From Pseudomonadota bacterium (GTDB lineage Bacteria > Chloroflexota > UBA5177), in contig JAJPIP010000035.1 in assembly GCA_021324655.1 (NCBI GenBank), positions 86,121 through 150,120 on the forward strand: a stretch of 64,000 nucleotides of DNA, in the 5' to 3' direction. Positions 49,125 through 60,163 of this stretch are shown piece by piece. Numbering within the stretch: position 1 is the stretch's first letter; each line of letters opens with the position of its first letter. Made by a program: the position numbers and the translations under genes. Below the pieces are notes generated by a model that searched no databases, had not been told where the DNA came from, and saw only the letters and a program-made list of their open reading frames with translations.

Positions 49125-49457
49125 CTAGTGATGGTGGCCGTGGCCACCGCCGCAGCCGCACCCACCACCGTTGGCGGTCTGGATGCGGAAATTGGGGCCC
49201 ACCAGCTCGTCGGAGCAGTCTACCTGGGCATCCTCGAGGAACGGCGCCGAATCGGGATCGATGACGAGGGTCACGCCCCCCAGATCGACCTGTGTATCAT
49301 CCGGCTGCGCCTCATCGAAGCCCATCTGGAAGTGCGCGGAGCCGCAGCCGCACTGTGATGCGACGAGGATACGAATGTCTTGCGGCACGTCCGCGGGGCG
49401 AGCGTCCCTGGCCTTCTTCAGTTCCTCGGTTGCTCGCGGGGTGACGGTGATGTTCAC
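49125..49457 (-). CDS. HesB/IscA-family iron-sulfur cluster insertion protein (His-tailed)
   Basis: N-terminal MNITVTPRATEEL..., first cysteine in QCGCGS, C-terminal CGCGGG. Ends in GHGHHH. Confidence 0.55.
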   Translation of the reverse strand: MNITVTPRATEELKKARDARPADVPQDIRILVASQCGCGSAHFQMGFDEAQPDDTQVDLGGVTLVIDPDSAPFLEDAQVDCSDELVGPNFRIQTANGGGCGCGGGHGHHH

Positions 49458-49599
49458 GAAAGTCGCCTCCTTTTAGTCACCTGAGCATACCGCACGCAGC
49501 CGGGGGAAGGATTGTCTCGGCGTGGTCCTGGCCGCGCCTCGCGCCGCGGCATCCGCGAAACACAGCGAGTACTGTCCCCTCGTCCGGCTCGTGCGAGTC

Positions 49600-49842
49600 C
49601 TATGACGACTGGCTACCTGCCCCTTCCGGAATGGTGAAGCCGGCTTGCGTCAGTTCGTCGGCGACGCGATCAAGGAACTGCTCCAGACGATCCACATCGG
49701 CATCGGAGAAGGTATCCGGGTAGGAGAACGCCACCGGGTGCCAGTGCTTCTCCTCGTCGTGCCAGACGAACCCCAGCATGAGGTCGGATTCCTGCTCGAC
49801 CTCACTCTCGTCGGTTTCGGTCCAGCTGTTGTCGTTGTCCAT
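49600..49842 (-). CDS. Small acidic hypothetical protein
   Basis: 81 aa from the internal ATG with a perfect AGGAGG RBS. Highly acidic (DNDNSWTETDESEVEQESD). Confidence 0.4.
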   Translation of the reverse strand: MDNDNSWTETDESEVEQESDLMLGFVWHDEEKHWHPVAFSYPDTFSDADVDRLEQFLDRVADELTQAGFTIPEGAGSQSS

Positions 49843-49962
49843 GGCCGTTACCTCCTGACTTTCGTCCCCTGCAAGAATCGACCCTGTGCTTGCCACCAGT
49901 CTACGCGCGTAGTAGCATGCGCCTACAAAGCACTCAACGCCGCGGTATCAAAGGGGTACTAG

Positions 49963-50619
49963 ATGCAACTCACCGGAACCCGCAAGATGGACCTCGCCGA
50001 CCTGATGGATGCAGCGGGAAAGCTGTATGTCGAGAATCTGGGTCTCTTCATCGGCGTCTACGCCGTCGCCATGATCATCGCCGCCATCCTCACGTATGTC
50101 GGACACGGCGCCGGCTTCCTGGCAAGCTTGGCGAGCCTGGCCGGCTCCGCGGCGCTCATCAACGCCATCGCCGCCCGCGCCGAGGGGCGGCCAATGGGTA
50201 TCGCCGACGCCTATACCTCCCTGACGCCGAGCACGTACCTGCGGTTCATCGTCGCGTCGATCCTCTACTTCCTGGCCGTCGTGGTCGGCCTTATTCTGTT
50301 GATCGTCCCGGGTATCTACCTGATGGTGAAGTGGGTGTTCGTCCCCGAAGCGGTCATCATCGACCACGCGGGGATCGGACAGTCGTTCACGCAGAGCAGC
50401 CGCCTCACCGAGGGAAACTGGTGGCGGATCCTCGTCTATGGCCTGGTGCTCTTTATCCTCTTCGCCGTCCTGAGCGCGGTGGGAGCTGCCTTCGGCGGAG
50501 CGGGCGGAGTCGTCGCCAGCCTCATCGAGCTGTTCGCGGTTCCGTTCCTCTACGCGATCCTGGTCGACCTGTACTTCAACCTGCGTGAGGTCAAGGGCGC
50601 GCAGCTGGTCAATCCCTAG
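49963..50619 (+). CDS. Integral membrane protein (4-5 TM, DUF975-like)
   Basis: 218 aa with multiple hydrophobic helices. Gly/Ala-rich. Confidence 0.5.
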   Translation: MQLTGTRKMDLADLMDAAGKLYVENLGLFIGVYAVAMIIAAILTYVGHGAGFLASLASLAGSAALINAIAARAEGRPMGIADAYTSLTPSTYLRFIVASILYFLAVVVGLILLIVPGIYLMVKWVFVPEAVIIDHAGIGQSFTQSSRLTEGNWWRILVYGLVLFILFAVLSAVGAAFGGAGGVVASLIELFAVPFLYAILVDLYFNLREVKGAQLVNP

Positions 50620-50639
50620 GGAAAGCACGGCGATTCAAT

Positions 50640-50668
50640 CGGCGGGGCCCGGTTAGGGGGCTCCGCCG
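50640..50668. terminator. Putative hairpin terminator with T-run, between convergent genes
   Basis: CGGCGG...CCGCCG stem followed by GTTTCTTA. Lies between the + membrane-protein gene and the - MMPL gene. Confidence 0.35.
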
Positions 50669-50672
50669 TTTC

Positions 50673-52907
50673 TTATGCGCGCGCCGGAAGCGGCTCCGGC
50701 TCCTCCGCCATCAACGGAACGGGCCGTCCGCCGAAGCGGCGCAGGACCGGCGGCAGCCACCAGTTCCACTCGCCCATGATCGCCATGATGGAAGGCACCA
50801 GCACGATGCGGATCAGGCTGGCATCGAGGGCCACGCTCGCCACCATGCCCAGCCCGAACTCTTTGAGCTGGATCTCGTGTCCCATGATCAGGCCGCTGAA
50901 GGCCAGCACCATGATGACGGCGGCCGAGGTGATGAGCCGCCCCGTCCGTTCCAGCCCGTAGGCGACACTGGCGTTGTTCTGCCCCGTCGCCAACCAGCGC
51001 TCGCGGATCCGGCTCAGCAGGAAGACCTCGTAGTCCATGGAGAGGCCGAAGAGGAAGGCAAAGAGGAAGATCGGCACCCAGGAGGCCACGCCACTCTCCG
51101 GAGAGAAGCCGAGGACCTGGTGACCGACGCCTCGCTGGAAAACGAGCTGTAAGACGCCGTACGACGCGCTCACCGACAGCAGATTGAGGAGGACCGCCTT
51201 GAGCGGAAGGAAAACAGAGCGGAAGGCGAGGAAGAGGAACAGGTAGCTCAGGGCCAGGACCAGCACGATGATGAGCGGGAACTTGTCGTACATGGCGATG
51301 TTGAACGACGTGTAGGTGGCCTGGGCGCCTCCTACATAGACGGCGTCACCCGGCAGGAGGTGCCGCTGTCCCGGCTTCAACTGGGAGGCCAGGCGTTCCA
51401 CCAGCTGCTCGGCCTGCCGCGTACCGACCTCGTGGCGCGGGATCACGGTGACGATCGCCGTGCGCAGGTCGGGGCTGATCACGCGCCCGGTGACGAGGTG
51501 AAGGGCGACGGGATTCCCGAGAAATTCGGCCGGACCGCTAACGCTCTTCACTTCCGGATCACGCCGCAATTGCCCTTCCAGGCGCGCAAAGTCGGCGCGC
51601 TGGGTCACGAGCGTCCCCGGTGCCCGGCGCTGAATCACAAGGAGCGTCGGATCGGACGTGGTATTGAAGTGGCTCTGGACATACTCGAGGCCGGTGACGG
51701 ACGCCACCTGAGGCGCATTCTTGAGAGTGCCGAAGGAGAAGGCCAGCTGGGTAGCGGGATAGGCGAGGGCCAGCATCAGAACCAGGACGGCACCGCCGCT
51801 GAGGAGCGGCCGGTGCATGATGGCCGTGGCCAGACGATGCCACGGGCCCTCCGATCCGGGACGGAGGAAGCGCACCGGCAGGACCCGCAAGCGATTGACG
51901 CGCGGACCGAGGATCGACAGGACAGCCGGCAGGAGGGTCAACGTGACCAACAGAGAGGTAATCGGCACCAGGATGCCGCCGATCCCCATGGATTGCATGA
52001 AGGACAGGCCGGTGAGGATGAGCGAGGCCAGGCCGGTGGCCACGGTGAGGCCGGAGAAGAAGACGGCGCGTCCGGTGGTGGCCATGGTGCGCACCAGCGC
52101 CGCCTCGACGTCGTTTTCCGCCAGATGCAATTCTTCTCGGAAGCGGTAGACCAGAAAGAGCGAGTAGTCGATCGCGATTCCCAATCCCAGAAAGGTGACC
52201 ACGTTGGTGACGTAGATGGAGGTGCTGAGCGAGTGCGCCACGACATAGACGCCGGCCAGCGCCAGGGGAATCGAGAAGCCGGCCACCAGCAGCGGCAGGG
52301 CAGCAGCCGCGACCGTCCCAAAAACCAGCAGCAGAATGATGATCAGGAGGGGGACGGCCAGCGTCTCGGCATTGGAGAGGTCCTGCTTGCTGGCGACGGC
52401 GTAGTCATGGTTGACGGCCGGAGTGCCGATGACATAGGTCGTGATGCCGGAGAGCCGGAGCAGCGAGCGCAGGTGATCGATCTGCCCTTCGATCTGCGGC
52501 TCGGACAGGCGACTCATCGCCGTGATGATGGCGGCGTGGCGATCGCGGCTGATGATCTGCGGATCGTGCGCGAGGAGAGGGTTCTCGATGGCGGTGACGT
52601 GCAAGGCACGATCGCCGGCAATGCGGTGCATCTCGGCGCCGATGACACGCGCAAAGGCGGGCGTGCCTGCTGTCGCGGCCGGATCACGCACGACGACCAC
52701 CACCGTCTGCTGATCGTTCTGGTGGAAGGTCCTGGCCAGAATCGCGGAGGCGGTGGCGGCGTCGCTTCCCTTCTTGCTGAAGTCACCTGGCCCCAGGACT
52801 TTGTTGACCTGCGACGCGCCGGCCAGGCCGACGGCGAGCAGGACGAGCCAGAGGCCGACAACGTACCAGCGGCGGCGATAGGCGAGGTGGGCGAGGGAGG
52901 CAAACAT
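50673..52907 (-). CDS. MMPL/RND-superfamily transporter
   Basis: 744 aa, 12-TM two-lobe topology with two large extracytoplasmic domains. N-terminus RRWYVVGLWLVLLAVGLAGA. MMPL-like internal repeat. Confidence 0.85.
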   Translation of the reverse strand: MFASLAHLAYRRRWYVVGLWLVLLAVGLAGASQVNKVLGPGDFSKKGSDAATASAILARTFHQNDQQTVVVVVRDPAATAGTPAFARVIGAEMHRIAGDRALHVTAIENPLLAHDPQIISRDRHAAIITAMSRLSEPQIEGQIDHLRSLLRLSGITTYVIGTPAVNHDYAVASKQDLSNAETLAVPLLIIILLLVFGTVAAAALPLLVAGFSIPLALAGVYVVAHSLSTSIYVTNVVTFLGLGIAIDYSLFLVYRFREELHLAENDVEAALVRTMATTGRAVFFSGLTVATGLASLILTGLSFMQSMGIGGILVPITSLLVTLTLLPAVLSILGPRVNRLRVLPVRFLRPGSEGPWHRLATAIMHRPLLSGGAVLVLMLALAYPATQLAFSFGTLKNAPQVASVTGLEYVQSHFNTTSDPTLLVIQRRAPGTLVTQRADFARLEGQLRRDPEVKSVSGPAEFLGNPVALHLVTGRVISPDLRTAIVTVIPRHEVGTRQAEQLVERLASQLKPGQRHLLPGDAVYVGGAQATYTSFNIAMYDKFPLIIVLVLALSYLFLFLAFRSVFLPLKAVLLNLLSVSASYGVLQLVFQRGVGHQVLGFSPESGVASWVPIFLFAFLFGLSMDYEVFLLSRIRERWLATGQNNASVAYGLERTGRLITSAAVIMVLAFSGLIMGHEIQLKEFGLGMVASVALDASLIRIVLVPSIMAIMGEWNWWLPPVLRRFGGRPVPLMAEEPEPLPARA

Positions 52908-52919
52908 GGAGGATCTCCG

Positions 52920-53468
52920 TCAGGATGGGGTATCGGGAAGCGGGCCGAGGCAGAGATGCTCCCAGGCATCGGCGTGGGCCATCGCCGGTAGGTCGAGCGC
53001 GGCGGCAACATTGAGGAACATGCCGAGGGCGAAGAAGGCGAGAACCTGCTCCTCGCCGGCTCCGGAGAGCTCTTCGACCAGGCGATACAGTCCGGCATAG
53101 CGGGCGCGAACCGCCGCCTGGATCTCCGGGTCGCCGGCGGCGGCGTAGGCATGCAATTGCAGCATCAGCTCGTCACGATGCTGCAGCAAGTCTTTGTAGG
53201 CGTTCCCCATGTTTTCGAAGGGATTGCCCGGGCGGCCGGCAGCGGCCGTAAAGGTGGCCTCCACTCGATCGAAGCCGCTATTGACCGTGGCGATGAAGAG
53301 GTCACGCTTGGTCCCGAACAAGCGGAAGAGATAGGGCTGCGAGACACCGGCACGGGCCGCGATCGCCTCGGTGGAGGTGCCGTGAAAGCCGCCCCGCGCA
53401 AACTCCACCACCGCCGCGCGGAGAATGTCCTCCCGCCGCTCCTCGGCCGACATGCGTACTGCTCTCAT
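52920..53468 (-). CDS. TetR-family transcriptional regulator
   Basis: N-terminal HTH (FHGTSTEAIAARAGVSQPYLFRLFGTKRDLF). Start at the internal ATG (MRAVRM). Directly upstream of and co-oriented with the MMPL gene. Confidence 0.8.
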   Translation of the reverse strand: MRAVRMSAEERREDILRAAVVEFARGGFHGTSTEAIAARAGVSQPYLFRLFGTKRDLFIATVNSGFDRVEATFTAAAGRPGNPFENMGNAYKDLLQHRDELMLQLHAYAAAGDPEIQAAVRARYAGLYRLVEELSGAGEEQVLAFFALGMFLNVAAALDLPAMAHADAWEHLCLGPLPDTPS

Positions 53469-53472
53469 GGTT

Positions 53473-53490
53473 GTTAGTGTACACTCACTA
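53473..53490. promoter_or_regulatory. Candidate TetR operator: perfect 10-bp palindrome AGTGTACACT inside TTAGTGTACACTCACTAA
   Basis: Seen directly 5-22 bp upstream of the TetR start codon, in the only AT-richer patch of this intergenic region. Confidence 0.4.
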
Positions 53491-53657
53491 ATACAGGGAT
53501 GCAAGCGGTAATCGTCGTCCGCAATGACAAACGGCAGCGTGGCGCGCTCCCAGGGCGTTTGCTTTCTGGAGGAGGACACGCATCGGGACGCGGCCCTTGT
53601 CCGCGTCCCGACGGAGAATGGGTTGGTCAGGCCGGTACTCCCGTCGTGCCCTCCCGG

Positions 53658-55628
53658 TTAGACGTGTCTCAGGACATGGAGGAGATACTCCTTGCGGTTC
53701 AGGGGGTTGTAATCGGTGCGCGGGCGGGTCGGAATGGGCTCGGAGGCGGGCTGGTAGCCGGCGAATTCAACCTCCAGCACGCCCTCGCCCCGGGTGGCGG
53801 CCGGCAGACGGCGCTGCAGCTCGTGCACCCGGGCCGCCCTGATGTCCCCGTCCAGGAGGTACGTCGCGCCCTGGGCCCCGGATGACTGGAGGCCGGCCTC
53901 GAGCCGCGCCAGGAGTGGGGCCACGGCGCCGAAGGTGTCGTCCGGAATCTCGAGGCGAAAGTGGTGGATCGGCTCGCAGACGATGGTGCCCGCCTCCTGT
54001 AGGGCGGCCATCAGAACGAGCGGGGTCAGAAGCCGGAAGTCTCGTGCCGAGCTCCCCGGTGACACGTAGTCCGACTCGATCAGGGTGACGCGGCAATCGG
54101 TCACCTGCCAGCCGCCGAGGCCCTGTTGCAGGTCGCTCCGAATGATCTCTGCCATGACGCGCTCGAACTCCTCCACCGAGCCGAAGACAAAGAAGGGGAC
54201 CGTCCCGACCTCAACGGCAAACCGGACGTCGATGCCGCTGCCGGGTGCGGCCGGCTCGACCCGGACGCCGATGGTGGCCAGAAAGGGGTTATCGCCCTTG
54301 CCCAGCCGCTCGACGGCCTCACCCGTGCCGTCCGGCCGTTCGACGCAGATGACCGATGTCTCACGGAAGGACACGTCGATGCCGAACTCTTCTGCCAGGG
54401 TCGCTCCGATGACCTCCTTCTGCACCTCGCCGTAGAGGGAGACGTACATCTCCCCGCGCCGGTCGTCCTGCCGCAGATTGATGGGCGGATCCTGCTCGGC
54501 GAGGCGGCTGAGAGCGACGTGCAGCGAGGCCTTATCGTCGGGACGCACCGGAACGACGGCCGTCTCCAGGGTCGGTGGGGCGAAGTAGTGGTCCTGGGAG
54601 CTTGCCGACGCCGCGCCGATCGTGTCGCCGATCCGGACCTCGTCGAGCCCCCAGAGCCTGGCGATCCGGCCGGCACTGACCGCTCCGCTGCGCACGCTCG
54701 CACCATGCTCGAAGACGGTGAGGGCGGTGACCTTCCCCGCCTGGCTGCAGCCGTAGCGCAGCCGGTCCCGGGTGTGAATTGTCCCGGAGAACAGGCGGAC
54801 GTAGGCAATCTTCTCACCCACCGGCCCCCGCTCGACCTTGAAGACGGTTCCCTGCAGCGGTCCATCGGCGTCACCGGCGCATGCCGGCAGCAACTCGGTG
54901 ATCCCCGCGGTGAGGTCCGGCACACCGGCACCGGTGATGGCGGAGCCGAAGAACACGGGATGCAGGAGGGCCTGACCGGACAGCCTTGCCAGCTCACCGC
55001 GGAGCTGCGAGTAGAGAAGCGCCGTCTCGCCGGCCAGATAGCGTCCCAGAAACTCATCGTCATGGTCGGCGATGACCTCGGCGAGCCGGGACGTGAAGTC
55101 CACATCGTCGGCGGCGAACGGCGCGTACCGCGCGTCGCGACTACCCGCCTCGATGGCCGATCCCAGCGGGATGATCGCCGGCGTCAGCCTCCGGCACATG
55201 CTCTCCAGCGTTCGCTCCGGATCCGCGCCGCCACGGTCGATCTTGTTTACGAACAACAGGGTGGGAATGTGCAGGCGCTGCAGGGTCCGCATCAGGATCC
55301 GGGTCTGGGGCTGCACGCCCTCGACGGCGGAGATGACCAGCACGGCACCGTCAAGGACGTTCAGCACGCGCTCTACCTCGGCAATGAAGTCGGGGTGCCC
55401 GGGCGTATCGATCAGGTTGATGGTGTCGTCGCCGATGGCGAAGGCGACGACGGCTGATTTGATGGTGATGCCGCGCCGGCGCTCCAGCGGCAGGAAATCG
55501 GTCTGCGTGCTGCCGTCGTCGACGCTGCCGATCTCGTCGATGACGCCGGCCTGGTAGAGAAGCCGCTCGGTCAGCGTCGTCTTCCCGGCGTCGACGTGGG
55601 CCAGGATACCCAGGTTCAAGTACCTCAT
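53658..55628 (-). CDS. Ribosomal protection-type GTPase (Tet(M)/Tet(O)/Otr(A)-like EF-G paralog)
   Basis: N-terminus [30 protein letters not shown]...RGITIKSAV...[42 protein letters not shown]...FVNKIDRGG parallels Tet(M) [30 protein letters not shown]...IDTPGHMDFLAEV...FINKIDQ. 656 aa, Tet(M)-sized, with EF-G domains II-V. ATGA overlap with the upstream ABC gene. Confidence 0.8.
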   Translation of the reverse strand: MRYLNLGILAHVDAGKTTLTERLLYQAGVIDEIGSVDDGSTQTDFLPLERRRGITIKSAVVAFAIGDDTINLIDTPGHPDFIAEVERVLNVLDGAVLVISAVEGVQPQTRILMRTLQRLHIPTLLFVNKIDRGGADPERTLESMCRRLTPAIIPLGSAIEAGSRDARYAPFAADDVDFTSRLAEVIADHDDEFLGRYLAGETALLYSQLRGELARLSGQALLHPVFFGSAITGAGVPDLTAGITELLPACAGDADGPLQGTVFKVERGPVGEKIAYVRLFSGTIHTRDRLRYGCSQAGKVTALTVFEHGASVRSGAVSAGRIARLWGLDEVRIGDTIGAASASSQDHYFAPPTLETAVVPVRPDDKASLHVALSRLAEQDPPINLRQDDRRGEMYVSLYGEVQKEVIGATLAEEFGIDVSFRETSVICVERPDGTGEAVERLGKGDNPFLATIGVRVEPAAPGSGIDVRFAVEVGTVPFFVFGSVEEFERVMAEIIRSDLQQGLGGWQVTDCRVTLIESDYVSPGSSARDFRLLTPLVLMAALQEAGTIVCEPIHHFRLEIPDDTFGAVAPLLARLEAGLQSSGAQGATYLLDGDIRAARVHELQRRLPAATRGEGVLEVEFAGYQPASEPIPTRPRTDYNPLNRKEYLLHVLRHV

Positions 55629-57436
55629 CGCGCGCCATCCCCCTCCGATACCGCCGCCGGACGCTCGCTCGCTTCCGTCTTCGCCTCGGCGGCCCAGAGA
55701 CGGCGCATCTCCTCGGAGGTCACCAGGAGTTCGGCGAGGGTGCCCTGCGCGGCAATCGCGCCGTCCTGCAGGACGATGACATGGTCGGCACGAGCCAGCG
55801 CCGCCCGGCGATGGGAGACGGCCAGGATGGTCCGGCCGCGTCGGCCGAGGAGCCGCTCCCAGAGGAGACTCTCGGTCTCGACGTCGAGGGCGCTCGACAG
55901 ATCGTCCAGCACCAGGAGCTGCGGGTCACGGACGACGGCGCGCGCCGCCGCCGTGCGCTGGATCTGCCCCCCCGACAGGCGCACGCCGCGCGGTCCGACG
56001 ACGGTCTCCGGCCCGGCGCTCAGTGCCGGCACGTCCTCGTCCAGGACGGCGAGCCGGATGGCGTCATCCAGGTCGGTGTCGGAGACATCCCGGCCCATCA
56101 GGATGTTGTCGCGGAGCGACTCGCTGAAGAGCCGCGGCACCTGGGGCAGGTAGGCGCTGCGCGGCGGCTGAAAGAAGCGCGCCGGATCGGTCACCGGCCG
56201 GCCGTTCCAGCAGATCTCTCCCTCCCGCACCGGCAGGAGCCCGAGGAGAGCGCGCAGGAGCGTCGTCTTGCCCGCCCCCACCCGGCCCGTCACGACGGTG
56301 AGCGTTCCGGCGCGGAGACAGGTCGTGATGCCGTGGACACCGCTCCCACCTTCGTGGGTGCAGGTGAGGTCGCGTACGGCGAGAGTCTCCAGCGGGTCTG
56401 CCGTCAGGGCCGGCTGCGGCGGGCGGGGCGAGGGGTGGACCGGGTGAAACTCGACCAGATCCCGCGGCGCCTGGGGCCGGATCAGCTCCTCCATGCGCCG
56501 CAGCGAGATCGACTGCGCGGCGTAGTCGCCCAGGAAGTTGCCCAGACCGGCCGCGGCCTGCGTGTTGAACTGCAGGAAGTACACGAAGAGGGCGAAGTCG
56601 CCCACGGTGAAGGTGTGCTGCGCCATCGCCCGGGCCGCCAGCAGCAGGACAAGGCCGATGCCGAGGTTGACCGCCGTTGCGGTCACGCCATCCGCCACCT
56701 GCTCCGTCACCTGCACGCCCACGGCGTGGGTCTGCCGCTCACGGTTGAGGGCGGCGAAGTGACCGACCATGCCGTCAACGGCACCCGCCAGTTTGACGGC
56801 CTGGACCGCGCCGAAGACCTCGGCCAGAAAGCCGGTGACCTGGTCGGTGGCACGGTTCGCCTCCCGGTAGTACTCACGGAGACGGTTCCAGGCCACCCAG
56901 GCGATCGGGGCGACGGCGAGGAGCGGCAGGAAGACGACAAGCGTGATCGTCAGGTCGATGCGGGCCATGATGACGATGGCGACGGCCGGCCCTATCACGT
57001 ACGAGGCCACCTCGGGAAACCAGGTGGGGAAGTCGGAGGTCTCGTCGACATCGCCGCGGAAGCGATTGACGGCAGATCCGGAGGGGACCGGCAACGGCAC
57101 CGCGCCGGGGCGGCGCAGGATGGCCGCCAGCATGTTGCGGCGCAGCAGGGCACCGGTCGTGCGTCGGAAGGTGACGCCGGTCCAGACCTGGGCGAACGAC
57201 GAGGCGAAGCGGGCGGTCTCGATGGCGATGAAGAGGGCGATCAGCGCCGGGAGACCCAGGCCAACCGCGCCGTGCCCGGTCAGACGGTCGAAGACCGCCT
57301 TGACGATCACCCCAGGGATCAGCTGGCCGGCCAGGGCGAAGAAGGCGGCCAGGAAGTACACGGCGTAGGAGGCGGGAGCGTACCGGATCAGCCGGAGGTT
57401 GAACGGCAGGGTGGCCAGCGGCTCTTGCTCACTCAT
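55625..57436 (-). CDS. ABC exporter, fused permease-ATPase (half transporter, subunit B)
   Basis: N-terminal 6-TM domain. NBD with Walker [11 protein letters not shown], signature LSGGQIQR, Walker [13 protein letters not shown]. Confidence 0.85.
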   Translation of the reverse strand: MSEQEPLATLPFNLRLIRYAPASYAVYFLAAFFALAGQLIPGVIVKAVFDRLTGHGAVGLGLPALIALFIAIETARFASSFAQVWTGVTFRRTTGALLRRNMLAAILRRPGAVPLPVPSGSAVNRFRGDVDETSDFPTWFPEVASYVIGPAVAIVIMARIDLTITLVVFLPLLAVAPIAWVAWNRLREYYREANRATDQVTGFLAEVFGAVQAVKLAGAVDGMVGHFAALNRERQTHAVGVQVTEQVADGVTATAVNLGIGLVLLLAARAMAQHTFTVGDFALFVYFLQFNTQAAAGLGNFLGDYAAQSISLRRMEELIRPQAPRDLVEFHPVHPSPRPPQPALTADPLETLAVRDLTCTHEGGSGVHGITTCLRAGTLTVVTGRVGAGKTTLLRALLGLLPVREGEICWNGRPVTDPARFFQPPRSAYLPQVPRLFSESLRDNILMGRDVSDTDLDDAIRLAVLDEDVPALSAGPETVVGPRGVRLSGGQIQRTAAARAVVRDPQLLVLDDLSSALDVETESLLWERLLGRRGRTILAVSHRRAALARADHVIVLQDGAIAAQGTLAELLVTSEEMRRLWAAEAKTEASERPAAVSEGDGAR

Positions 57437-59178
57437 GCCAGCACCTCCTCCAGACCGGCCCGCAGCAGGGCACTGAAGCGCGAACGGGGATCCTGGACGA
57501 GATCCACCCGCCGGCCCTCCTCGGCGACCTGTCCGTCCTCGAGGATCATGATGCGGTCGACCCGTCCCACCGTGCGCAGGCGGTGGGCGACGATGATCCC
57601 GGTCCGTCCGGTCAGCAGCCGGGTGACGGCATGCTCGACGTAGCGCTCGGTGGCGGGATCAAGTCGGGCCGTCGCTTCGTCGAGGATGACCAGCCCCGGA
57701 TCACGCAGGAAGATGCGCGCGAAGGCCAGCAACTGTGCCTCGCCCGCCGACAGTCCCGCACCGCCGGCGCCGAGTAGCGTGTCCAGCCCGGCCGGCAGGC
57801 TCTCGTACCATTCCTCGAGGTCGAGATGACGCAAGACGTCGCGGATATCGGCATCGGCGACACCGGGACGGAAGAACGTCAGGTTGTCGCGCACCGTGCC
57901 GCGGAAGATTTGTACATCCTGGGTGACGACGCCGACGCGTTGCCGGAGCGTCTCGATCGAGAGGTCACGCAGGTCGACGCCGTCGAGACAGACCCTGCCG
58001 GCGGTCGGGTCGTAGAGGCGCGCCAGGAGGCGGGTGACGGTGGTCTTGCCGCTCCCGGTGCGGCCCAGCAGCCCGAGCGTCTCGCCGGGCGCCAGCCCAA
58101 ACGAGAGGTTGGAGAGGACGTCCTCGCCGTCCTCGTAGCGGAACGTGACGCCGGCATAGCAGACGGCGAGCGGACCGACAGGAAGAGATCGCCGGCCGGC
58201 GGGTGGGAGCGTGCTCTCGGTGTGAAGCAGGGAGTCGATGCGGCCGATCCCGGCGGAGGCCTGCTGGAGATCCTGCACCTGCAGCCGGATGGTGTCGAGC
58301 GGGGCCGCCAGCATCCCGATGTAGAAGACGACGAGGTAGGCGGTGCCCAGCGTGATCTGGTGCTGCAGGAAGAGGAAGGCTCCCATCCCCAGACCGATGG
58401 CGTAGGCCAGAACGTAGAGGACGTTGGTGGCGAAGAACGAGGCGTTCCCCGCCAGCCGGGCGCTGCGGTCGGTACGGAGCCGCATCTGCATGACGCCGAG
58501 GAGCTTCCAGAGGACGTAGGGCTCGGCGCCCACGCCCCGGATATCCTCGACGCCGGACAGCCGCTCCTCGATGGCCCCGTACTGCTCGGCGCCGGCCTGC
58601 CGATCGATCGCGTAGCGACGCACGGCGCGCCGCTGCAACGCCCGCAGCGCCAGGAACGTCGCCACGGAATATGCGGTCAGTCCCAGCCCCAGCCAGGGAT
58701 TGGTGACGGCGAGGATGACGAGGATCCCGGCCACGAGGAGGCCGTTGCCCAGGATGACGATCGTGAACTGCGAGAAGAAGTTGGCGAGCAGCGTGACATC
58801 GCCGTCGATGCGCTCGATCAGGGCGCCGGGCGTGTGCGACTTGTGGAAGGGAAGGTCGAGCCGCAGACAGTGCGCCATGAGGTCGGCGCGCAACCGGTTG
58901 GTGGCCTCCCAGCCCACGGTCTCTCCCACATACGTGGCCCCGACGTACACGATCTGCTGCGCGATCGCGATGGTGAGAAAGGCGACGGCGGCGGCGGTCA
59001 GCGTGCCGAGCGGACCGCCTCGCTGCGCGGTGTCGATGAAGTAGCGGACGACCTGCGGGTTGACGAGCTGCAGGCCGATGCTGGACAGGAGCAGGGCGGC
59101 CAGCAGCACCACACGGGAACGCTGCGGGCCTAGGTAGGCGACCAGCAGGTCGCCGTGCCGCCGAACAGACGGAAGCAT
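57433..59178 (-). CDS. ABC exporter, fused permease-ATPase (half transporter, subunit A)
   Basis: 6-TM domain. Walker [10 protein letters not shown], signature LSAGEAQL, Walker [13 protein letters not shown]. 4-nt overlap with the downstream ABC gene. Confidence 0.85.
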   Translation of the reverse strand: MLPSVRRHGDLLVAYLGPQRSRVVLLAALLLSSIGLQLVNPQVVRYFIDTAQRGGPLGTLTAAAVAFLTIAIAQQIVYVGATYVGETVGWEATNRLRADLMAHCLRLDLPFHKSHTPGALIERIDGDVTLLANFFSQFTIVILGNGLLVAGILVILAVTNPWLGLGLTAYSVATFLALRALQRRAVRRYAIDRQAGAEQYGAIEERLSGVEDIRGVGAEPYVLWKLLGVMQMRLRTDRSARLAGNASFFATNVLYVLAYAIGLGMGAFLFLQHQITLGTAYLVVFYIGMLAAPLDTIRLQVQDLQQASAGIGRIDSLLHTESTLPPAGRRSLPVGPLAVCYAGVTFRYEDGEDVLSNLSFGLAPGETLGLLGRTGSGKTTVTRLLARLYDPTAGRVCLDGVDLRDLSIETLRQRVGVVTQDVQIFRGTVRDNLTFFRPGVADADIRDVLRHLDLEEWYESLPAGLDTLLGAGGAGLSAGEAQLLAFARIFLRDPGLVILDEATARLDPATERYVEHAVTRLLTGRTGIIVAHRLRTVGRVDRIMILEDGQVAEEGRRVDLVQDPRSRFSALLRAGLEEVLA

Positions 59179-59593
59179 GCAGGGATCCTTTCGGATGGAA
59201 CGGTCGAGAGATCAGAAAGTGGGGTACGGGCCGTACGCGGGAAACGTGTCATGGAATAGTCCTCCGACTAGGTAGATGACGTGGGCGGATGGCCCGCGGC
59301 CCTAGCGGGGGAGAACGTTTCGCGCGTCAGCGCGTCTTCTCGGCCGGATCGTCCCGAAAGGACGGAGAGCTGTTAGCGGGCGCACCCATAGATGGTCGAA
59401 TCACACCGCGCATCGAACATCGATGCGAGCTCGGTTGCTGTGATCCTCATGGGTGCGCCTCCTTTGCTGTGTGCTCGTGGACACGGTACCACGCGAAGCC
59501 GGTTTTGGCAATGGCGGGGCGGTACTTGACAGTTCAACAAAAGTCTGGCATGATAGTTGCAGACACAACAACTAGGTCTTGAAGGAGGGTGCA

Positions 59594-60163
59594 ATGACAA
59601 CCGAAACACAGACACAGACGACGACCTGGCAGTTTGACACCGCGCACACGCTGATTGAGTTCGCGGTCAAGCACATGATGGTGTCCACGGTGAAGGGCCG
59701 CTTCACCGACTTCACCGGCACCATCACCGGGGATGTCAACGATCCGACCAACGCTCAGGTGGACGTCACGATCCAGGCGGGCAGCATCGACACGCGCAAC
59801 GAGCAGCGCGACGCGCACCTCAAGAGCGCGGACTTCCTCGACGTTGAGACCTATCCGACGATCACGTTCCAGAGCAAGAAGATCGCCGAGCGGCAGAAGA
59901 ACGTCTATACCGTCACCGGTGATCTGACGATCCGCGGCGTGACCCGGGAGATCGAGCTTGAGGCCTCCGTCAACGGCGTCGGCAAGAGCCCCTGGGGCCA
60001 GGAAGTGATCGGCCTTACCGTGACCGGCATCCTCTCGCGCCAGGAGTGGGGCCTGACCTGGAACGTCGCCCTGGAGACCGGTGGCGTCCTGGTGGGTGAT
60101 ACCGCTCGCATCAACATCGAGGTCGAGGCCACGAAGACCGCCCCGGCCGGAGCGCAGCAGTAA
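59594..60163 (+). CDS. YceI-family (polyisoprenoid-binding) protein
   Basis: WQFDTAHTLIEFAVKHMMVSTVKGRFTDF...TRNEQRDAHLKSADFLDVETYP is characteristic of YceI. GAAGGAGGG RBS. Confidence 0.8.
   Translation: MTTETQTQTTTWQFDTAHTLIEFAVKHMMVSTVKGRFTDFTGTITGDVNDPTNAQVDVTIQAGSIDTRNEQRDAHLKSADFLDVETYPTITFQSKKIAERQKNVYTVTGDLTIRGVTREIELEASVNGVGKSPWGQEVIGLTVTGILSRQEWGLTWNVALETGGVLVGDTARINIEVEATKTAPAGAQQ

Noticed and set aside
51360-52991. 543-aa + strand ORF
   Set aside because: It is antisense to the MMPL transporter gene. The translation is Gly/Asp/Arg/Gln-rich.
53658-55628. Calling the EF-G-like GTPase housekeeping elongation factor G (fusA)
   Set aside because: At 656 aa it lacks the EF-G N-terminal extension, and its N-terminus is near-identical in pattern to Tet(M)/Tet(O)/Otr(A). 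The genomic context (ABC exporters, TetR, MMPL) is not the str operon.
55781-59133. Two long + strand ORFs (620 aa and 435 aa)
   Set aside because: They are antisense to the two ABC exporter genes, which carry Walker A/B and signature motifs. Their composition is highly acidic and Gly-rich and not protein-like.
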